The notes beneath the pieces were generated by a model, which saw only the letters and a list, made by a program, of their open reading frames with translations, did not search any database and was not told where the DNA came from. A stretch of DNA of 64,000 bases from Camelus ferus. Lineage: Eukaryota. Numbering within the stretch: the stretch's first letter is position 1; the number at the start of each line of letters is the position of its first letter. The translations under genes were made by a program, and so were the position numbers. This document shows, piece by piece, positions 38,941 to 52,691 of the stretch. The stretch spans positions 4,466,001 to 4,530,000 of the forward strand of contig NC_045696.1 of NCBI RefSeq assembly GCF_009834535.1, read 5' to 3'.

Positions 38941-41900
38941 ACAATGAAACTATGGAGTGAAATTTTAAAAAATTTCTTCTCATGTGTCACTTATAAAAAT
39001 ATGTTATTAAAGAATTATTCCCTAGTTTTTCTACAAAGCAAAAAAAATCACTATTGTCTTTTGATTTATAAACTTGGGGTTTTTTTCATTTACTTTTGCT
39101 CTTTACTTTTTTCAACAATGTTTAATAGTTTTCAGAATGCACCTTTTTCATTTCTCTTGTTAAATATACTTCCAATTATTTTATTCTTTTTGATGTTGTT
39201 GTAAATGGAATTGTTTTCTTAATGTTATGTTCAGGTTGCTTATGAAAATTGTATAGAAATACAATTGATTTTTGTATATTCACCTTGCATTCTGCATCCT
39301 TGCTCAAATTGTTATTTGTTCTATTAATTTTTTTTGGTGAATTCCTCAGGATTTTCTATATACAAGATTGTCATTTGCAAATAGAGGTCGTTTTGTTTCT
39401 TCCTTTCCAATCGCCTGGATAGAACTTCCCGTACAGCAATGAACAGCAGTGGTGAGAGCAAACATCCCTGACGTGTTCTTGATCTTGGGGGAAATGTCTT
39501 TCACCATTAATTACGACAGTAACTGTGGGGTTTTTGTAGATGCCCTTCATCAGACTGAAAAAATTTCCTTTTGTTCCCAGTTTGCTGAGTGCTTTTATTA
39601 CAGAAGAGTGTTGAATCCTGTCTAATGCTTTCTCTGCATTTATTGAGATGATCCTGTGGGGGTTTTTGCCCTTTATTCAATTGACACATGTTACATGAAT
39701 TGATTTTCAGATGTTAAACCAGTCTTGCATCCTGGCATAAATGCTACTCATTCATGATGTACAATCCTCTTTATGGGTTGTTTGATTCATTTTCTAACAT
39801 TTAGATAAGGACTTTTGCATCTATATTCACAAGTGATGCTGGTCTGTAGTTTTACTGTGATATTTTTGGCTGGTTTTATTATCAGGTTACTATTGACCTA
39901 ATATAATGAACTGGGAGACATTCTTTCCACTTCTAATTTTTGGATGAGCTCATGAAAAATTAGTATTAATTATTTTAAAATATGTGATGGAATTCACCAG
40001 TGAAGCCACCTAAGCCTGAACATTTTTTGTGGGTTTTGATGACAAATTCAATCTCTTTACTTCTTATAGGTCTAGATTTTCTATTTCTTTTTGAGTTAGT
40101 TTCAGGAGTTTGTGTTTTTCAAGGAATTTGCCCATTTCAGTTAAGTTATACAATTTATTGGCATACATTTTTCATAGTATTTCCTTATAATATGTTTTAG
40201 AAGATCACTAGTAATCTCTTATGTTTATTTTCTAATTTTAGTAATTTGAATCTTCGTTTTTCTAAGTCAATCTAGGTAAAGGCTTATTAATTTTGTTAAT
40301 CTTCTCGAAGAAGTTTTTATTGACTTTGTGATTTTTCTATTTCCTATTTCATTAATTTTTTATCACTTTTTATTATCTCCTTCCATCTCCTTGCTTTAGG
40401 TTTAGTTTGATTTTTTTTCTTCCCCAGTGTCTTAATGGAAGTGTAAGTCACTGATTTGAGAACTTCCTTATTTTTAATATAGGCATTTGCAGCTATAAAA
40501 TTTCCTCTAAGCACCACTTAATCTGCATTCCATAAATTTTGTCTTTCATTTTCAACTGTCTCAAACTATTTTCTGATTTCGATTTTCATTTCTTCTTTGA
40601 CCCACTGATAATTTAGCATCATGTTATTTAATTTCCAATTATTTAAATATTTGTGGTTACTAATTTTTTCCAATGTGGTCAGAGAACATAATTTGTGTGA
40701 TTTTAATCCTTGTAAATTTCTTTAGGCTAGTTTTATGGCCCCACATAGGGTCTATGCAGAGAATGTCCCATGTGCATTTGAGCAGAGTGTATAATCTGCT
40801 CTTGTTAGGTGAAGTGCTTGGTAGATGTCTGTTAGGTCTAGTTGGTTTAGGGTGTTGTTCAAGTCCCCTTCACTGACCTTCTGCCTGGTTGTTATATCCA
40901 TTACTGAACATGAGGTGTTCAATAATTATTTCTGTGTTGTCTATTCCTTTTTTCCATTCTGTCAGTTTTTGTTTCACCTATTCTGGGGCTCTGATGTTAG
41001 GTCATATATATTTATAACTGCTATAGCCTATTGAAGAATTGATGTTTTATCACTATAAAATTTCCCTCTTTTTCTCTAGAAGCTTTTTTTTTTTGCTTTA
41101 AAGTCTATTTTATCTGATATTTAAATAGCTGCTCCAGTTCTTTTTACCATTACTGTATGTCATTTCCCACCCTCTTACTTTCAATATGTTTATATCTTTG
41201 AATTTAACATGTGTCTTCTGCAGTTACCATATAGTTGGATCTTGTTTTTGTTTTGTCCAGTCTGACAATCTCTGCTTTTAGTTAGATGTTTAATTCATTC
41301 ACATTTAATCTTATTATTGACATAGTTGAAATTCCCTGCCCTTTTACTTTTTATTTTCTGTATGTCTAATGTCTTTTTTGCTTTCTTTTACATTAAATGA
41401 ACATTTTCTAATGTAGAAATTTAATTTCTTTAATGATTTTTCACTCTATTTTCCAGGATCTTTTCTTTATTGATTGCTCTAGGATTTACAATATATATCT
41501 TCTTAGCAGAATGTCCTTTAAATTTATATTCACTTAATTCAAATGAGATTATGGAAATGTTACTCTATATAACTCCATGCCTTCCTCTTATTTTTTGTAT
41601 AAGTTTGTTATATTAATCTTCTTATTTATCATTTCTGCTTCTCTTTATTTCTTTCTGCTGATTTGAGTTACAATCTTTTATCATTTTCTTCCTTCAATAC
41701 AATTTGTTCCCACCTGTAGGTTATGGAACTGATAATACAATTGCATACATGTTATTTTATGCAATTGATTTTTAAATCAGTTAAGAGAAGAAAGGAGAAG
41801 AAATATGCAATTATACTCTCTTCTACAATTAACTATGTAATTACCTTTATTGGCATTCCCTGCTTCTTTGTATGAATTTGACTACTGTCTAGTGTCAACT

Positions 41901-44900
41901 GTATTGTCTGAAGACCTTCCTTTAGTACTTCTTACAAGGTAGGTCTGCTAGTAATGAATTTGCTCAGTTTTTTTTTTTTTTCCAGAATTTGCTCACTTGG
42001 TTTTCTGGAAATATTATTAATATCACTTGCACTTTAGAAAAATAGCCTTCCTAGGTATAAGATTCTTGCTTTGGTAGACAGATTTTTTTTGTTTGTATGC
42101 TGTTTTTAATACTTTGAATATGCCATTCCACTGCTTTGGTTTCCATTGTTTCTAATGAAAAGTCAGCTGTTCGTGTTATTGGAGTTCCCTGTATGTGGTA
42201 AATTATTTTTCTCTTGCTGGTTTCAAGATTTCTCTTTGTTTTTGGCACTCAACATTTTGTCCAAAATGGGCCTGGGCTTAACTCTCTTGGATTTATATGA
42301 CTTGGAGTCCGTTGAGTTTCTTAGGTAAATGACTTGTATTAAATCTGTGCAGTTTTCAGCTATTTTTAAGAAGTGTTCTCTGTGCCTTTCTCTCTCTGCT
42401 CTTCTGATGGTCTCATTGCCCTTATGTTGGTGTGCTTTATGATTTCCCACGTTCACTGATTTCTGTTAATTTTTCTCATTCTTTTTTCTCTCTGTTCTGC
42501 AAATTGCATAGTCTCTATTGACCCGTGTTTAAGTCCACAGATGTGTTCTTTTGCCAGCTCATACCCACTGTTGAGGCCCTTAGTGGATTTTTCATTTTGG
42601 TTATCCTACTTTTTAACTCCAGAATTCTCACTTGGCTTGTTCTTATAATTACTGTCTCTTCGTTGATCTTCTCCCCCTTGGTGAGACATTATTACGCCAT
42701 TCTGTAATTCCTGAAACCTGGTATCCTGTTGAACATTTTTTATAAGAGCTGTTTTCAAGTCTTTATCTGCTAAACTCTAAATATGTGTCTCTCAAAGGCA
42801 GTTTCTGCTGCCTGGATTTTATTTTTATTTTTATTTTGTTTTTGTTGTTGTTTAGTTTTCCTGTGTCTGTGTTACTCTTTCTTCTTTCATTGCATGTTTC
42901 ATATATTTTTGTTGTTGAAACATGGACGCTCAGCAAGTCTGGAGACCAACCACCCCCGTGCCCTGAGGCTTGTTGGTTTGACTTTCATCTGCTTGGTGAC
43001 TTGGCTGAGCCCTGCCAGTGAAGTCCATTTCCTCTTCAGTGTGCCACCTTTGATGTTACCCCTCATAGGTAAAGCCTGGGACATGCACAAAGTCACCCAA
43101 GGCATGACACTGGTTTTGGCCACTGTGTCATTGACTACGTCTTTCTTCAATTTCCCTGTTGAGCTTCTGGCTGCTCTGCCTCTGTTGGTATCACACTCAG
43201 CTATTAGCTCCATTAATTGCTAGCTGATTACTCTGTTGTTGTTCAACAACACTCTGGGGCATAAATTGCTCCGCAGTCTGATCCAATTAAAGTCAGACTG
43301 TTTTTCAGGGTGTTATCTGAAGCCAATGAGGCTTGCTCTGACTTTAGAATGACTCTTCTTAACTCTCTTTCCATAGTTCTCTCTGTTAAACTTGTAGTTT
43401 TTCTCCCATTTCACTTGTTGCTATCATGGGGCCTCTTCTTAATTGTTCACCAACAAAATCTCCATTTTTTTTGACAGTACTTTGTGGCTTGAAATTTCCT
43501 ATGCTCCGTTCCAAATGAAGTAAGTCCCCTTAGGGATATCTGTAGAGCTCTCTGTTTTTACAACCTGTATCTACCCCTGGGAGGAGCTTCTGTAATATTT
43601 TCTGGAGCTGGGAGTAGGAAGAGTGACCTGCTTCTCTTGGAGTGACACTCCTTCTTTATGAGTAGGGTGTGGGACAGGAGTGGTAGCCTCTGGTATTCTC
43701 AGCTTGGTTTTCCTGGCGTGGAATTTTCACCCAACAAGTGAGCTGGGATAAGGGCAGTCAGGGCCCAGGATTCTTGGCCTGTTGTGCCAAGCAAGGGTCA
43801 CACTTCCATCCTATAATTTGGGGCTGGGTGGAAGAGGGAGCCCCAGACATTTTGGCCATGCTTGCCTGGAATAGAACTTCTGCAACATAGAGCTAGGAGG
43901 AAAAGGATGAGAAATGTTGGTGGCTTCCTTGTGCTGGGGAGAGACTGTAACTTTGGGATGAAAACTGAAGGAATTGGGAGCCCCATGTTTTTGGTTGTAC
44001 CTGCCTGGATTAGACCTTCTGTCACACTGAGGTGCGAGTCGGGTGGAGAGGGAGCGTGTTATGGCTTAGATGTTACAGACACTCACTACTCTTACTGAGA
44101 TTTTGTATATTTTCTGGAATAAGTATTTCTCCATTTGCTGTATTCCTTTAGGACAATTCTAAAGACACAATTTAAGAAAAAAAAATTTACCAATTATTTT
44201 TGTTTGTTTCACTGAGGAGAGGGTCCATGTAGCTCAACGTGCCACCACTCCAGAAGCATTTCTTTATATTTTATTGTTTATTTTTGTTTAGACTTTAGAT
44301 GTTTATGTTTTTAAATGTTTTTTATCAGACTTATACATATACTTAATCCGAAGAGTCATATAGTTTACAAGATTTGCTACAAAAATATCATTCCATCCTC
44401 TCTTTCCTTCACCCTAAAGAAAATAACTTTTAACTCTTTCTAATTGACTTAAAATGATCACTTTGTTTAGAACTAACATGCTTATATAGCAACATTTTAA
44501 AAACTCCAGTGTTAGGCATGATCTATTAACTTCCCATGACAGTAGATGAAGATTGGTCTCCATTTCACCCTAATAGTCTCCACATGATGAATGTGTGCTT
44601 CCATCCTGCCCCTTGAAGATAGTTGTCATGCTGGTTAGACCAATACCCCATGTTTTGTTTGCCCCACTTCGACCTTCCTACCTCTCTGTGCATGCAGGGG
44701 ACTGGTGTCTGTCTTATTTCCTAACATATCCACTGGACCTGGAACTCAGTAACTCAGTTGGTACCGGCTGAAGGAATGAGTTTGCCTTGGTGCCTCTTCT
44801 CTGCCTTCCCTTAGAGAGTGGGGTTGTCTTTGAATTCATAAAGTAGTCTGTGACCTTGGCTCTTCGGCTGGACAGGACATCCTGAACCTTCTGTCCCACT

Positions 44901-44971
44901 ACAGTTCCTGCAGCTTGGTTACTGCTCTGCTTCCTGGACAGTCAATAGAGAATGAGAAAATTGACCTTTAC

Positions 44972-45090
44972 AGCAGTGGTTACCACCCACCTGCCTGCTG
45001 GAATCATCTGGGGAACTTAGGAAATGCCAAAGCCTTGACCCTACTCCAGTCCAACCTCTCCAGGGGATTCTAACATGAGTATCACTGACT
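44972..45090. mobile_element. MER5-type hAT MITE remnant
   Basis: CAGTGGTT..GAATCATCTGGGGAACTT..CCAGGGGATTCTAA..CACTG. Confidence 0.55.
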
Positions 45091-47318
45091 TTAGCCCATT
45101 TACACTTGTCTTAAGCAGAATAGTAACTTATTTGGCTCCCTGGACTCTTGGCTCATAGCAGATTGACATCAGTGGATATGGGAGTGGGAGACGTAACAAA
45201 AACTGATCCCAAACACCAAGCAATAGAGGTCCCCAAACACAGTAGGAGCACTAGGCTCAGGGACAAGTGGGCCTCTGACTCACACCATGGTGTTCACAAT
45301 GATGAGCTTCAGTGGTCAAGAGAAATTCTGCTATGTTCCGGTTGCGTTCCTTAAGAAGGCAGGACATAATAACTCATCTGCAATGAGCTTTGCCAGGCAC
45401 GGTTCTGAGCAGAGATGATGCTTTGTTGAAACCTTACAAGGACCTTACAGGTCGTGATCTGTTGATATTCCCACTTTGCAGATGAGGAAACTGGAGCCTT
45501 GAAAGATTGAGTGAGTCGCTCAGGTTCCCATCACTAGTAATTGTTAGCCCTCATCTGGCTGGCTTTAAAGTGAAAATACTAATCTTCATTTGAGGAAGTT
45601 CCTTTTGTTCGCCAAAAAGACAACTTATGATGGAAAAATTCATTTATGAAGAACCTATCAGTGTTACCATGTTAGTGGACTATTTCTATGTTTACATAAA
45701 AATTACCTGTAGGAAAGGATTGGATAATGGTTGACAAATGTAAACTTTTCAGTACTTTACTTATTTAATTTGTATTCCATGCACTTTGGTAGATAAAGAG
45801 AAAAATAAAACTGATGCTACCATGTTTTACTGTTTTGCACCTTCTAAATTGAGGCAGATCCATACAGAATTGTATTTGCTGGGTTTTTCAAGTCTGAAAA
45901 CAGTGAATAGGAGAAACACACTGATTTGCCCATCTTCCCTCCACTGGCCTGGCTTGAGGCTATCCCAGTAAATGTCTGACCCGAGACAGGATGTTCTTTT
46001 TGAGCTGGACTGGCCCCATTTTTGCCTAGCTTTCTTGTGTGGTGTGTTCAGATCAGGTTGCTTTCCTAAGCTAACTCTCATAAATGTCTGTGAATAAGAA
46101 AAGGGAGAGCCTGCAGTGTTGGGAGATTTACATTCCTTCGTGGCAGCAAGAAGGTCATTCTGAATACCTGCTTGGAGGTAAAAACAAAGCTTTGCGCTTT
46201 CTCCGCAGGTTCTAAGTGTTCTCCTCAAAGACAGGTCATTGCAGTTCCTTCTGGGAAGTCCAAAGATAGAAACAAGAAACTGAGTGAAAGAATATTGTGT
46301 ATTCATCCACACTTCTTCTTCTAGTGGTTGATATGGAAACCCCCACCTAAGGGATGGCTGGGTGTAGGGCTCTGCGTCAAAGGTATTATTATTAACAAAG
46401 TGTCCTCCACAGAGAGTTCCCCAGAGGGCAAGTCTTCAGCCAGATGATGCTCTGATACCCTTTCAGCTGGGACTCAGGTGGCCCCATGAAGGGAGAGAAT
46501 TTTAGAATCAGCTGTTTTCACTGAAGGGCAAGGAAAAGAACTAATTTGGCATTTGTCTTTCATTAATTGAAAGAAGCGGACTTACTAAGTCTTAAGTTGA
46601 CTTCCTTGGCCTTTGATTGACCAAAGGGCCAGTGTGAGTGCTGGGAGAGGTTTAAATAGATACTGGACTGATTGAGAAACACAAATGAAAATTTCAGAGT
46701 AGAAATGGATGGGGAATCCCTAACTAACTTGTTGGTTGTTTGTAGTTTATTGAACTAAATATACTGCTAACAACCCTTAGGGGACCATAGTTACTCAACT
46801 CAGCTCTCAGCTGGGATTACCACTGTGGCTTCTCAGAGTGAAGAGGGACTTCAGAAACCAAAACAAGTGTGAGTGATCTGAAAATGTGAGGAGGTACCAG
46901 TATTTACACAGTAATGAAAACATCAGATGATTTGGGGCTTGTTTTTTTTTTTTTTTATTACTGTATACTTTCAGATAGCATCAATAAACATTAATTTAGG
47001 TTTCCACAGGGCAAAAGTACCCAGATATTGTAATACTTAAAATATACACAAAATAACTTAGATCCTTAAGTCATGACTGTGAAAAGTTGAAGGAATGAGT
47101 TACTCACTTTTTTCTGATTACTGAGGAGTGAGAGAGGGAGAGATGTACATTCAATTTAAGGAAATGCCTGTCTTGTTCGGTAATACAGAATCTGTTCTGT
47201 ACTGTTTTTGTTTTGTTGTTGTTGTTTGTTTTTCTTTTCTTGCATCACTCTACTGTGAAAAGTGCAGGCTTAGATATTTCTAAAAAATTTCTCTGGCTCT
47301 AGAGTCATGACAAGTATC

Positions 47319-47460
47319 CAGCACTGTCCAACATAACTGTCTGCAATAATGGAAATGCCCCTTTAAATTCACCTTTAAATGCAAATAGCTACATGTGGCC
47401 AGTGGCAGAGACACTAGTTCTGACATACTGGTTCATATAGTTCTAACATATTGGACAGAA
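47319..47460. mobile_element. MER3/MER33-type hAT MITE remnant
   Basis: CAGCACTGTCCAA...AAATAGCTACATGTGGCCAGTGGC...ATATTGGACAG inverted ends. Confidence 0.6.
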
Positions 47461-49399
47461 TGTTAGTAATTTCTTAAAGCTCATTGATATATTTTTATGC
47501 TAATGACTTTTTTTTGAAGGAAAGAAGTATCTCTTTTCCTTTTTCTGTTTTATTAGGTAGAATTATTACAGTTCAACTGCACATACACATATTTATGCTA
47601 ATGACTTTTATTTGAAAAAGTATACGTATGCTGAGTAAAATGAAATAAAAGTAATAAGAAAACATCTATTTGATGGGAAAGACTACTTCATGAACTTATG
47701 TGCCGCTCCCATGTTCTACTACAGTCCCCCTTTGGAGATACAACCCAGGGTAATAGCTTCTTATCTCTCTCCATGAGTTGTCTATGCATGTATAAACGTG
47801 TAAACGTATACATATTTCTTTATATAAGTGTGAATATACCATCCCACCATTTTCCTACCCTACATTTTTTAATTTCAAAACATCCTGGAGATACTGTCCT
47901 ATGAGGTCTAAAGCTGCCTCTTCTTTTTAATGGCTGCATAGTAGTCCAGCAACTCCGAGAACCATTATTTACTTACCTGGCCACCAGTAGTGGATGCTTT
48001 GTTTTTTTACTTCCAGTTTGCTATTGCAAACATCACTTTAATGATCATTCATCCACTTACATACTTGTGTGTGGGTGGCACTTTCCATGATGGTAAATTG
48101 CATGAGAAGAGACCTCTCAAAAACAACACCAGGATATAAATCAATTAGGATTTAATGAGTTCTCCTCCTCGAGTTGCTCTTGGAAACACACGAGTGAGTA
48201 GTTTCCATCTGATGGGCATAATGCTGACAGTAAGCACCACAGGAGAAATGATTCTGTTTAGTTCACCAATGTATCTCATGTGCCCCGAGTCTTAGCCCAT
48301 AGCAGGAGCTCAATAAATATTTGTTAAGTGAATGAGTAAAGGTCCTAGTTTTAGATCATATTCTGAGGTTTTTTACCTACTTTGAAGAGTCTTCTGAAAA
48401 TTGATTGGGTTACTTTTGTCATGGATAGCAAAAGCTACTGATAACTCTGGCAATCAAGTACTTTTTTATTTTTTAATTGCTTCATACCCATTCCTGGACT
48501 AATAGTCATTACTGTGCTTAGAGAAATAGCAACAAAGAAGTTAAAGTGTTGAGAGTTGTTCGTCAAAACCTTTCTTAAACTTTGATAAAATCATACAGAA
48601 TCTGGCATGGATAAAGATGTCATTGCCCATTTTGTGGACTAAGAGTTTTGCTTAGTTGCTGCCCTGGGCTTCCCTCAGCTAAGAGGACCTGGCCCTCGGC
48701 CACCTTAGTGCATGTGAGGTTTCTGCAAAGCAGGATGCTGAACAGAAGGGAAACCAAGTTTGCACAGTTGATCTCGGGCAAGATTTCCCAGTGGACTTTG
48801 ACTCTGGACCTCGCTTTCATTCCATCTTCTCCCACCACAGATTTCCACGAAAGCTCTCCACTGTTTCTTCTACAACCACCTAGTCCCCCTCTCACTCCCC
48901 TGAACCTTCCCCTCTGCAGAAGCTTACCCCAGGTAAGCCCTGGGCTTTGTTGCTGTCACCCCCTCTGGGCTTGGCTTCTGCCCCCTCCCCTACCCCACGG
49001 CTCAGCCCTCTTCAGGGGACTGGGGGACTGAACGTAAATCTCTTTAGGGAGATTTATGATGAGAAAAGTTTGAAATGGGCTCTCATCCAGTACCCTTTCA
49101 GTGCAATGGGAGCTGAAGATGAAGCCTAAGTCTCATGTCCCATGGGGCTCTCTGAGGAAGTGGACGGCAAGAAGAAGTAACAATATCAATAACAATATGG
49201 AAGAATGAGCCCTCGAGTCCACAGTTGCGGAGGAAAGTGGGCTCACAACTGGATTTCAGCGAGGCTGGACCAGAAAGGTCAAGAGAGAGGGAGACAGAGA
49301 ACATGGCCTTCTTGGGGCAGCATGCGCACTAGGATGCTCCCTGTGGTTACTGTGGTACCCAGACCTTGTCAGGCTTCCTAATGTTCTTTATTTTATGTC

Positions 49400-50600
49400 A
49401 TTATCGTCTTTCAATTTAATTTAAGATACTCTTATCAAGAAAATAAACAGGATCAAACAGCCCAAAAAGGATAGTAAACAAGTAAAAAGTAGATATTCCA
49501 GTACATAGATAACTACTATTTTCAGTTTGACATTTATATTTTACATAAATGAGATCATGTTATGCATTCTGTATTTTTTCCTAAATCAGCCTTTCTTATT
49601 TTCTTTAAGTTATTTTCTCCCTTCTTTCTCCCACTCTCCCCACCTCAGCCCAATCAGTAACAAACACTTGCAGTGGTGTCATCATCTTCCACTCTTACAA
49701 GACTGCACACATCCACATACTCGCTTACGCACACACACACAAGCGCACAAAGATACAGGGTTTCTGTTATTGTTTGTTTTACAAAAAATGAGATGTTTTA
49801 TGTAGTCCTCCACATCTTGCTCTTTTCAATTAAATGTGGTAGAAGTGTCCTCACATCACTTTTTTTTACTGTAATGTCGCAATATTTTTATGTTCCAAAA
49901 TTTATTCAATATCCCTCATTGATGGGCACTCAGATGATTTTCTTTCTGTATCTTTTTTCTTTCTTTTTTCCCTCTTTCTGTTGTCCCAGCAAACGATGCT
50001 GCAATGGATAGCACTGTACAAATAGCTTTTAAGTACTAGTTATTTTTTACCTCAATAGGATAGATTCCCAAGAGTAGGATTGCTAAGTTGAAAGGGAAGC
50101 ATACTTTTGCATTTTGTTTTTTTAAAAATACATATTGCCAGAATCTGTTAAAAATAAAGGAAGCTGCAAAAGCATCCCATTGCCACCAGCAATGTCTGAA
50201 AGTGCCCTTTCTCCCCGCATCTTGCCAACATTAGAATTTCCACTTCTTTTTTTTTTTAAACAGAGGTACTGGGGATTGAACCCACGACCTCATGCATGCC
50301 AAGTGCACACCCGACCACTGAGCTATACCCTCCCTTCCCTAGAACTTCCACTTCTTTTAATTCCTTGTGATTTGGTGGTAAGAAGCAACATCTTGTTGTT
50401 ATCAAAACTTACATTTTGTTGCCTATGAATGTGGTTGAGTGACTTCTCAGGTTACCTAGCTACCTTCTCTTCCATGAACTGTCAAATTCAAGATCTGAGC
50501 CTATTTTTTCTATTGGCTTGATTGTCTTTTTGTTATCAATTCTGTGTTCAGTCTTTTATTGACATTTGGCTTTTGTCTGTCCCGCGTGTGTCCCCTTGCC
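49400..50600 (-). mobile_element. Degenerate L1ME-like fragments (host of the 50251 SINE)
   Basis: GGATAGATTCCCAAGAGTAGGATTGCT..CCACCAGCAATGT..CATCTTGCCAACA antisense L1 motifs. Confidence 0.6.
50251..50339 (-). mobile_element. Short tRNA-derived SINE (Vic-1-like head plus poly-A)
   Basis: Head on the minus strand. TSD TAGAATTTCCACTTCTTTT (50232) / TAGAACTTCCACTTCTTTT (50340). Confidence 0.88.
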
Positions 50601-51794
50601 CAGCCTTCACTTGTCATCCACCTTGTTCTGTGACGTTATGCTGTTGGAAGCGTGCATTGTTCTGGGTGCTTTACACAATCTACCTCAGCTAATCGTCCTG
50701 GCGGCCCTGTGGCATAAATAGGGTTAACAGAACTGTCTTTTGAAGCCAGAGGCTAATTCCACACCACCACCCCACTCCAAGGGTCACACAGTTCAGTGGC
50801 AGTTCCAGGGCCTGACTTCACAGTCATCTGACCACAGTCATCTGACCACAGTGCTCCAAACACACATCCACTGGGAACAGAGGCTTGCCCCCCTGGCCTT
50901 TCCTACTGGTGTTTTGGTCCCTGTTCCTCCCCATCCGCTATCCCCCCAGGTAATGATGGGGCCCTTGAGGCACTACATCTCCATCCCGTGGTGTCTGGTG
51001 TGCAGCCCATGAAGCCACAGGCGGGAGCTGTGCCTGGGCACTCGGGGGTCACCCAGGAACACTGGACTGTTTTCCCTGTGGCTTCCCTAGGGCCACATGG
51101 AGTCATGTCTCATGATGTCAAAGCTTCATGCTCAGACCCAGAAGGAATCCTTCCCCACATTCAGAGCTGAGGCACCTCCTGTAATGAGATCCAGAACACA
51201 GCTACCTGAACTTCTCACATCCCCAGGAATGTTGAGGGAACACTAGTCTTTGGGGAACATTCGCAAACCCTGGTTTTAGCCCTGGGCAGACACAGGGGAC
51301 TGGCCTGGATCCCGCAGGATCTACAGTCCAGCTCCCCCCATCTCCCCTCTTCTGTGGCCCCTCCCTGGCCGCCCCTCTTCCCTGTGCTGGAAACCCTGTG
51401 GGCTGCTGTGATTAGCACTCTCCATACAGGCTCATGTTTCCCTTTGAAGTGTTCTCCGCTTCTAAAACGTGTTTGATGCAAACCTCGCCTCGACCTTCTC
51501 TTACAATCCAAATCCCTAGACTTGGTAACTGTCTTCATTTGGAAAATAACCGGTTAGCGTGCCTATTAGCCAGCCACCTGCCCAGTGGGGAGTAAAGAAA
51601 TATTTATTTTGATGAAATGTTTACGCACATTGAGATTATTTGATGGATAAGAAGGTTGTTTTACCCCCTCCTTCTGGGTGTCTTTTTGGCTATTCCTATT
51701 CAACACGTCTCCCAGAAAGTGGAACAGATGAGACATAAGTGAGGGTCCGAGAGGTTTTGCTTCTAATGAAGTTTCTCTTGAAAACCTAGTCTTT

Positions 51795-52410
51795 CTATTT
51801 CATCACTCAGCAGACATCCACTGAGCATTTACTATGTGCTGAGCATTGTTGTGGGTGTGGGGAATGCACCAGTCCCAGCTTTCACAGAGGTGGGTAAGCC
51901 AGTTAGTAAATATACGTCTTTACTAGACAAATAGAGAAAAATAAAGCTCAGAGGATAAATGTTGACAGGGTAGAAATGCTATTGGTACGGGGGGTCGGTG
52001 GTTGTCAGGAAAGCCACTCTGAGGAGAAGGCGTTGGAGCTGGGGGTAAGATAGTAGGGAGTGAACGCCAGGGGCATCTGAGGGAAACCTGTAGAGTGTGG
52101 GAATATGTCCAATGTGTTTGAGGAAAGTCAGGGAAGCGGGGCTGAGTGTGCAGCAGGAGACCCACATGACAGGGTGGTGGAGGTGGTGCCAGAGGAGGAA
52201 GAGGGGGTCGCGAGCACAGGCCCATGGCCACGGTCACGGTAGGGACTTTGAATTTCATGCTGTGAAAGATCAGAAGACAATGGAGAGTTTGGAATAGGGC
52301 TTCCTGTGATCTGTGCGTTTGTGTAGAAGAAGATCATGCTGGCTGTTTTACAGAGACTAGACTGTGGGGGTGAGGGTAGATGTGGGAGGAGCACTGGAAG
52401 CCTCTGAGAG
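51795..52410 (-). mobile_element. L2 remnant
   Basis: ATTTCATCACTCAGCAGACAT..CTGAGCATTTACTATGTGC..AGGGACTTTGAATTT..AAGATCATGCTGGCTG. Confidence 0.7.
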
Positions 52411-52492
52411 ATGATGATGTCCCTGTTTCTGGTCAGTGGCTTCCCTGTCCACACAGGCAACCCAGATGGAATCCTGGGAGTCATCTAGGTGT

Positions 52493-52691
52493 CCTCCCTA
52501 CCTCTCACCACCTCCTCCCTATCACTCACCACTTCCTGCCTGTCTCTCATCACTTCCTGTCTATCACTCACCACTTCCTTGCCTGTCTGTCCCCACTTCC
52601 TGACGCTCCCACTTCTGGTCTCTCTCTCCCACCAGTTCCTCCCTATCTCTCACCACTTTCTGTCTCTCCCACCAGCTCCTCCCTGTCTCCC
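52493..52691. repeat. Degenerate ~21-bp pyrimidine-rich minisatellite (~9-10 units)
   Basis: Units such as CCTCCCTATCACTCACCACTT, CCTGCCTGTCTCTCATCACTT and CCTGTCTATCACTCACCACTT. Confidence 0.8.

Larger units (their letters stand above)
35415..44260 (-). mobile_element. Near-full-length ancient L1 (L1MB/L1M-type) carrying two nested L1 insertions
   Basis: The minus strand shows, in order, a 5'UTR-like region (~42800-44260), an ORF1 remnant (..GTPITRTADFSLETME.., 42051-42248), RT-region remnants (~39200-39950), the ORF2 C-terminus (DPFLTPHTK..IIDLNVR..KLLEE, 36409-36612) and a 3'UTR. All reading frames are disrupted. Confidence 0.85.

Noticed and set aside
41956..41995. GAATTTGCTCA repeat flanking a poly-T run
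   Set aside because: Could be a tail-only retro-insertion, but it lacks an L1 endonuclease-type site and is too short to interpret.
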